DNA of 40,496 nucleotides from Phoronis australis (Eukaryota > Animalia > Phoronida), in the NCBI GenBank assembly GCA_002633005.1, contig NMRA01000591.1:85946-126441 (forward strand), written 5' to 3'. The notes beneath the pieces were generated by a model that saw only the letters and a program-made list of their open reading frames with translations, was not told where the DNA came from and ran no database searches. Below are positions 33,306 to 40,496 of this stretch, one piece after another (position 1 is the first letter of the stretch; each line of letters starts with the position of its first letter). The translations under genes and the position numbers were made by a program.

Positions 33306-34157
33306 CTGAAAAATCATTGCAACACCACTACAACTCACAAATAGTGTACATCGAATTTTTGGCTTGGGAGAGAGGAATCAGTCAGCTTACAGCTTAGCAG
33401 CTTAGAATATTATGGGTGATTGTAAATCAGCAGTGTTATTCACATGCAATAGGCCTTTTGAAACTGACATGCAGTATTTAGTGAGTTCTTTGTGAACCCT
33501 TTTCTTAGTCATACAATTGTCCCAGTTGCCTGTGAAAGAAAACTCAGCATAACAAAGGGTTTATGGCCCTGGCTGAAAAAATAATTGTTGAATTTCCCCC
33601 TATGGGTTATGAATAGCCCAGCCAGGAATAGGATCTACTACCTGATGAGACAATGCAAAATAACATGTAAAAACATCCCATATGTCACATTTTATTCCTT
33701 GGAATAGTCGATAGTGACTAGACTTTGAACAGCATAAAACCCAGAGTGAACTTGGAATCCTGCTTAATGTCAAGATCACTTATGCATGCACTTGGAATAC
33801 ACCATGAAACTTGGAAATTTCACGCTGATAACAACTTGACAGCGCTAAAGCAAATTAATATATATAAACAATAAATTTTACCCAACCTCTTTTCAACTAT
33901 TGACGATCTTATTCACCAAAGAAAAAATCACCATTGACATTTTCTTGTGATTCTGTGACACAAGTTACGGTAAAGGGGGACATTGGTGATCGTGAGACCA
34001 ATAGGATATTTACTGCTATGCAATAGACCTTTAAAAATGATAAATTCACTTATCTTTTACAAGAAAAAATAAAAATTCAATTTCACTGAGATTTTACCGT
34101 ACAACTTGATACAGTTGATTAGTTTACCAAAATCTCAATATTTAGACAACATCTCAC

Positions 34158-34390
34158 TCAAGTAATAATTTCACAACATCCACGTTGTTGGAGTACACTG
34201 CCATGTTAAGTGGAGTCATCCCGTGAAGTCTTTTGTTTGGATCAACGTCATTATTCTCCAACAGAGCCTTCACGTCTTCAACACGACGCTCTTGAATGGC
34301 TAACTTGAATTGCTTGGTCTTCGCAACACCGGACGATGGTAGTTGTCTCTTGGTGTGGTGTCCACCAATACTGGCTGTTCTCTCAGCCAT
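34158..34390 (-). CDS. ASB protein, first coding exon (1 of 5)
   Basis: ATG at 34390, ankyrin repeats (GMTPLNMAVYSNNVDVVKLLLE), gtgaga donor; the five exons sum to 1113 nt = 370 aa plus stop. Confidence 0.88.
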
Positions 34391-34875
34391 TTATCACTGC
34401 AAGATTTCAAACACTCTAATCATAGGAAAGTTATTTACAGCATGGCTTATCTACTAATTATGCACATCACTGACTCACAAATAGAAGCTGTGCCTGAAAG
34501 AATGTGAATACTAATATAAAAGCTGTCCTGCTGAAGGGTCCCTATACACTGATCACCGTCTGTAGCTGGCTCGGTAGACACGGTGGAGCCAGGGATGGAT
34601 CCAAGATTTTTAGTTAGTGGGGGGCCTCATCGACGTCTTTAATTCCGTCCCACTCGAACATACACTCCTGTTATCAAACTTTTTGTTCGAGCAGTCCCTC
34701 GATCAGGTCCAAAAATCGGCAAATGGCAATTTCTACACTGCAAACCCCAGGGGATATGATGTCATACCACCCGTCTAAAGCAGTAATGGGTCGCTTGACT
34801 ATCATGTGGCAAAAATAAATATCCCCTCCACTGCCCCACTGGCTTCACTTTCAGAGACAGCTTGTCTGACTCACA

Positions 34876-34944
34876 GGCGTCCTCAGCTTCTGATCGTCCC
34901 CAATATACGTAGTGTATTGGGGACGATCAGAAGCTGAGGACGCC
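34876..34944. repeat. Near-perfect palindrome/hairpin (palindromic MITE)
   Basis: 30-bp perfect arms at 34876-34905 and 34915-34944; a related half copy at 38263-38285. Confidence 0.9.
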
Positions 34945-35077
34945 ATGGTCTGACTAATCACTAAAGCAAGACCAGAGCTAGCTCTTTTACTGCAGTGTAA
35001 TAACTGATGAAACAACTAGCATTTTCGTCATTCATGTACAAACCATACTACACAGACATCGTCGGACCTTGGCTTAC

Positions 35078-35400
35078 CTGCTTTTGCCTTTGGTGCTTTA
35101 AGTAGAACTAGAACTTAGTCTTAGAAGCAGACTCAGCCTGTCAACAGAATTTGATATTCTGTCCGATTTCGGGCCGTCTTCCTTTCGACTTAATTAAAAA
35201 AGTCTGTCACAGCTGAGCCTGTACCAGGTGCTCGCAATCAACAGAGCACATCATCTTATCCAATTTACGGCATTAACGGAAATATATCGTCAAAAAGACT
35301 GGATCTTAGAAAAGGGTTTATTTTGGTTGACTGTGTTCTACTCCATGAGAGAAGGGTACAGGGCGATCCTAGTGGTCAGTGGTCACAACAGAACTTCCGG
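35078..35400 (-). promoter_or_regulatory. Probable promoter and non-coding first exon of the ASB gene
   Basis: Strong donor CAG|GTAAGC at 35077; ETS-like CCGGAAGT at 35393-35400; acceptor cttgcag just upstream of the ATG (34398-34397); upstream boundary uncertain. Confidence 0.4.
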
Positions 35401-36014
35401 GTGAAATAGTCTCACAACAACTTTTTTAGTAATTATTATCTAGTAAAACCTTTTAAAAATCGCATATTAACATCATTTAAAAAATTTTGATTGTAATAAA
35501 GTGCATATTTGTTATCATAAAACTTTTTTAAAGAGCAAAAAACTAATATTAAGCTTGACCCAGTTTCAGAGTATTTTGACTTGTTAGCCAATCAGCTTAT
35601 TGGATTTGGCGTCAGTCATAAATGTCAAGGACACTTGTGGTGATTTTTAAACTTTCGAATGTTATTGTGTGAACACTAATCTACAATTCTTCTGGTGAGT
35701 TAATATTTTTTAGAGAATGCTATCTAAAGCAGCAGTGATAGAAGGCACCGAAACTCTGGTATTGGAGGTCTAGGCTTTGGTGCAAAGGCTTATGCAAAGA
35801 GGTACATAGCTTTGGAACAATCTGGGTAAAAATTAGACGAACTCCTTCGCTCAACCCAGGCCAAGCGATCATCATACTCCCTCCAGTCCAGAGCATGTAT
35901 GCCTATAGATTTGCGTAACAATGAAGATCAGCAAAGATGAGAACAAATATGAAAAGGTTGAAGTATGAACATAGTGGACGTCACTTCAGAGATCGTCAAA
36001 ATACAGCTAGGAAC

Positions 36015-37514
36015 CACTGTGTCTGTGTGTAGGGAGGACAACGTTTTTTTAATTTTTTTTACAATACCCATGTGTCATACATTTTTGAAAAGCCCTTTGT
36101 GTGAGAAATAAAATGGTGCAAAAATCAGAAAAATTGGATGAGTGGTTGACGAGAAAATGGCCGTTGAAACGCGACGATTATGCGTAAAATATCTGCCTTT
36201 TTACATAATTTCGTAAAAAATAAAAGAATATACATGTGCTGCATATAAAAAGATTCGTCTCATTGAGACAAACATGGTGGTGTGTATTATATAAAATTTG
36301 GATCGATTTCTACAGAGATATTGCCGTTTAAGTGTCTTGTTATAGCATATAGAACAGGCTCATCATGTTTGATGAAAACAATGGATTACACAGCTTAAAA
36401 GGTAAAGAGCAAAGACACCACATCAGCTCAGAAATAAATACATCTGAGCTAGGAGGAAATTTCACATCAAATCACAAGATCACATTGGTGGATTTGGGGG
36501 GGGGCAAAGGGGCCTGGCCCGTGCCCCCCTAAAACTCCCATACTTCAATTGGCAGTTTGAGAGTGCAAATATCTTACAGTTAAAATCCTGCGTAATACTC
36601 TGCTCTGCCCCCCCCTCCTATCGAAAAATCCTAGATCTGCCCCTGAATACTATTACATGGGCAACACATCATTGCCTGACAGTGACAAGGGGCTGGGGGA
36701 GGCTATAGCTCCCCCAGTGACTTTTTTCAATGCTGGGTGCCGCCCGTGTACTATTAGATCGTATCATGGCAAAAAACATCAGAAAGTAGGCAAAAGACCA
36801 TTTGGGCAAACAAATCACTCTTAACATGAAGGATTTCATCATTTACGCAACAAAAACTTTGTAACAACTTTATTTCGAACGGTGAAGTTGCGATGCCATT
36901 GAACTTCAACGTAGCCGCTGGTGGCGCTGACATGCGGCGATTTAGTGAACTAACGACTGCTGTTTGAAAAGTGCCAATGCGCAGCAGTTTGACAGAATTT
37001 CTGAAAATGAAATAATTACCATTAAAAAGAGTGATAAATTCCTCATCTAAAAATCGGGGGTGCATATTGCGCAACTGGAAAAACATCAATCTCCCGACCG
37101 ACCAAAATTAGGCCTTCCGGACGATCGAAAACTCGCCATGAAAACTTGGCTAAGACTTCGAGAAAACAACTTGAGGAGATGCGCACGCATCTAAACTACA
37201 TCCTGTCCAAATTTCATGTTTGTATTTGAGAGTATAGTGCTCTTTTGGATAGGAGGAACAAGAGGTACTTTTTCGAAAGTTGATCGCATGGCGGAAAATC
37301 GTGCGCTAAAAAAAGCTTACAAAAAATGATTTATCAGCGATAATTTGAGACAAAAAGATTACAAACTTACAAATAAAGACTAAGGTAATGATTTATAACA
37401 CAAAATTGTCTTATAGTTAACTTTGAAGTCTGAAATCGGGTAATTTACCGACGTGGGTTTTACACGGAGGCAGATATGGAGCACCGTGACCTACTTTTTG
37501 AGTGTCCTCCCTAC
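36015..37514. mobile_element. Transib/Chapaev-like non-autonomous element, right end in the gap
   Basis: Starts CACTGTG; gtagggaggaca (36029-36040) is the inverse of tgtcctccctac (37503-37514), which abuts the gap; nested MITE at 36483-36645. Confidence 0.5.
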
Positions 37515-37935
37515 NNNNNNNNNNNNNNNNNNNNNNNNNNNNNNNNNNNNNNNNNNNNNNNNNNNNNNNNNNNNNNNNNNNNNNNNNNNNNNNNNNNNNN
37601 NNNNNNNNNNNNNNNNNNNNNNNNNNNNNNNNNNNNNNNNNNNNNNNNNNNNNNNNNNNNNNNNNNNNNNNNNNNNNNNNNNNNNNNNNNNNNNNNNNNN
37701 NNNNNNNNNNNNNNNNNNNNNNNNNNNNNNNNNNNNNNNNNNNNNNNNNNNNNNNNNNNNNNNNNNNNNNNNNNNNNNNNNNNNNNNNNNNNNNNNNNNN
37801 NNNNNNNNNNNNNNNNNNNNNNNNNNNNNNNNNNNNNNNNNNNNNNNNNNNNNNNNNNNNNNNNNNNNNNNNNNNNNNNNNNNNNNNNNNNNNNNNNNNN
37901 NNNNNNNNNNNNNNNNNNNNNNNNNNNNNNNNNNN
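37515..37935. other. Assembly gap
   Basis: Run of N. Confidence 0.99.
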
Positions 37936-38250
37936 CAATTGGAAATATGACAAACTGGATCGTAGTTGCTAATAATAAAATTGGTTAAGAACCTGGAGAA
38001 TGCTTGCAAAGAATGCGTTTTTATTATATTTAGAGCAGAGACTGGTATTTCGTTGTTGTTTATAAGTCGAGGAATCTGAAATCTAATACAGGCTTTTGAT
38101 GACAATTTGTTGGACGGAGGAATTAAAATTTTGGGTTGTATTGTTGGTATAGTAGCTGAGTATTGATTCAGGTATGTAGGAGTTTTAATGTGTCTGGTTG
38201 ACTTATATTGGATGGGTTTACTAAAGAAGTTGTTTGTGTAAAAATACTTA
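37936..38250 (-). mobile_element. LINE ORF2 C-terminus (L2/Crack-like)
   Basis: Open minus-strand frame ...KACIRFQIPRLINNNEIP...IKTHSLQAFSRFLTNFIISNYDPVCHISN, resembling the THSLxxF...C tail of invertebrate L2-group elements. Confidence 0.6.
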
Positions 38251-38288
38251 GGAAGACACAGACACAGGTGTCCTCAGCTTCTGATGTA

Positions 38289-39389
38289 AAAGGTATGACA
38301 GTCGGTACCAGAAATTCCACGGGTGCTTCAATTCAGCCGTCCAAAACTCAATAAATTTACTCAAAACGGGTTCAACAAACCACGAGCAATTGCTCTTTCT
38401 TCTAACACCATTCACGGAGTACTGCTCCACCAAGTTCACAACAAATGTATGGTCAAAGCACAAAAATCTTCCCAAAAAGCCGATGCGTACTAACATGAGC
38501 CGGTTCAAGGTCAAAGATGGTATGGAATTATATGATGAGTTACAGATAGACGGCAATTGCTGGTTCATCACGGAAGGTTACATAATTGTCTGTCTAAAGG
38601 CCCTTTCATATTGACTAACTCCGGTCTGAGTGGAGCGTCGACGTAAACAGCGGAGTTAACTGGACCGTTCATACTGGGTTCGGTAGTTAATGACCATCGA
38701 CGTAAAGGGTTGGTGACGCTGACGTCATCGCAGTTATCGTGAGGTAGCGCTGCATGCTAAGATTTTTTTCAATGTGACAATTTGGAACATTTAAATGTGC
38801 TAAGTGACGTTAAACTCATTTTTAAATCGATCGGTTATCATTAAAGCAAAAAATAAGTAGTTATTCTTGACGGCACTACTGTAACTGTTGACGATAACAG
38901 TGGCACCTGGGATAACTTCGATTGGACCGGAGTTAAGCGTTCATACTGCACAGCAGCGTCGACGCTGCGGTCTTAAATCCACCTATTAACTGCGATGTTA
39001 ACTGGAGCTCTTAACTGCGATCCATTACCGGAGTTAAGCGTTCATACTGACCGCAGCTCTCCAAACCATCGACGCGTCGACGTTAGTATGAAAGGCCCTT
39101 AAGTGTGAAGTTATCGATGTCGTAACTTCATGTGACAAATGGGCAATTTCCGTGAGACAGATGAGTTATTACTAAGTATGCATCGACTTTTTGGGAAAAT
39201 TTTTGTGCTTTGACCACAAATTTGTTGAGAACTTGCTGGAGTAGGACACTGTGAATGGTATTAGAAGAAAGAACAATTGCTCATGGTTTGTTGAACCCCT
39301 GTTTTGTTTAAATTTGTTGAGTTTTGTGTTTGATATGGATGGCTGAAGTGAAGCACTCGTGGAATTCCTTGTCCTGATTGTCGTACCTT
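38289..39389. repeat. Fold-back (long inverted repeat) element
   Basis: Diverged inverted arms at about 38289-38580 and 39120-39389 (e.g. tggtcaaagcacaaaaat vs atttttgtgctttgacca). Confidence 0.8.
38598..39099. mobile_element. PIF/Harbinger-like MITE
   Basis: TIR aggccctttcata / tatgaaaggccct, TAA duplication on both sides, subterminal ggagttaa, gttcatactg and cgtcgacg repeats. Confidence 0.82.
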
Positions 39390-39994
39390 GTAGTATGTAA
39401 ATGTAGTCTGCTAAATCACAATCAAGATCCATATTCGAGAGTTCACTGGGTTACGGTCTAAAATAATTTTTTTTGGTCACTTACCACATGCCAACTGTAT
39501 CGCATGCAAAGAGTTATTTAGTTGTGCAAATTTAAAAAAAATCATCAAAATTGGACAATATTTGAGAAATTTATGCATGTTTTTGTCTATGAATTTTATA
39601 GCATTTTTAGCGTTACAAGTGGCCATTTTAAAAATTACACTTTTCAGTTGTCAACAGTAGAAAAGAAATTTATTTTATCAAGTAAGCAATGGCTTAGATG
39701 TGACTGGGAATAACTTCAGTCACTTTTAGAATCACTTAGATGAAGTTGTGCTTAATCATTGAGAAATGGTAGGGTTCATCATACAACAGGCACTAATTCT
39801 GTGTTTCTATCCCTCACCTACTGTAAAGAAGGTTAGAAACTAAAGTTCACACTCTGTCGTAAAAAGAACTGAGAATACGTTATCCTAGGCAACAAAGCAG
39901 ATTATTCAATATCTAAACCAAAAGTTTGGATATTGACTGGGTTCTGCTCTGTTGAAAATGGGCCAAAAAGTCTAACAAAATGTAGAGTCGTACC

Positions 39995-40097
39995 CAGGCC
40001 TTCATGCAGCCTACGTCCTGGGTGTCCATTTGGACGCCCTAGCACTAATGTAGACGCCCTGGCAAGGACGCCCAATGTATCATTTGGACGCCCTGTC
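39995..40097 (-). mobile_element. End of a hAT-like element of the 18980-19456 family
   Basis: Inverted similarity to 19353-19456 (caggccttcatgcagc...ggacgccctagcactaat...ggacgcccaatgtat). Confidence 0.75.
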
Positions 40098-40496
40098 AAT
40101 CAGAATTTCTCCAGTTTGGACACCCACATTGAAAGATTACTAAGACTCCCAGTTAATCAAAGCTGGAAGTTGGCCCTTTCAACTGGGAAAGAAATATACA
40201 AAGTATTTAAAATGTTGCAATATTCAAACTATTTTCAAACTATTTGGTTGACCTGTCAATCATTAGCACGTGTTTGGTTGCCAGAGTGTCTGCTTTCAAT
40301 AGACTCACTGCCCTTGCCATTCTGTACTTTATATAGGGACATGGACCTTGCTTAACTCCAAACTGGTGTTTCAGAGAGCTGTAATTTCATGTACTTCATC
40401 TTTTTTTAAAAATACCAAAAGCAAAATAAATGTCATTATTTTAATAATATGATGTGCCGCAAGAACATCCCCATTTAAAATGTTTGAGTTTTCGCC

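Noticed and set aside
34560-34590. tRNA-like gtagctggctcggtaga
   Set aside because: Only an A-box-like fragment cut by a MITE; no B box or cloverleaf.
37417-37988. Long ORFs spanning the second N run
   Set aside because: Artefacts of the assembly gap.
38248-38571. Fold-back arm as a reverse transcriptase fragment (IDF..FDH..WF)
   Set aside because: The resemblance is weak and the substitutions between arms do not clearly favour any reading frame; a profile search would be needed.

Overview
AT-rich, repeat-dense genomic DNA from an animal, probably a marine invertebrate and plausibly a lophotrochozoan (inferred from gene families and repeat types). There are two assembly gaps, at 18226-18644 and 37515-37935. 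Genes: (1) a minus-strand tandem array of three intronless aldo-keto reductase genes of the YajO/Tas-like type, comprising two intact 357-aa copies (12090-13163, 16524-17597) and one pseudogene (6201-7293) with a lost ATG, a 19-bp frameshifting duplication and a nonsense codon; (2) an ELAV/Sex-lethal-family 3-RRM gene with an intronless CDS (23544-24635, +); (3) a spliced ankyrin-repeat/SOCS-box (ASB) gene on the minus strand with five coding exons (34390-29406, about 370 aa). The rest consists of MITEs (Tc1/mariner-, hAT-, Mutator-, Harbinger- and Transib-like), decayed L1/Tx1 and L2-like LINEs, and palindromes. The most notable non-obvious signals are an inverted pair of minimal Penelope-type hammerhead ribozyme motifs (5292-5550); a conserved antioxidant response element upstream of AKR copies 1 and 2 that is missing in copy 3; a perfect 15-bp inverted repeat bracketing the ELAV-like gene; an array of CTCF-like motifs; a near-perfect intronic hairpin; and a fold-back element with a Harbinger MITE at its centre. 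I do not see firm evidence for a wholly new multi-gene system.
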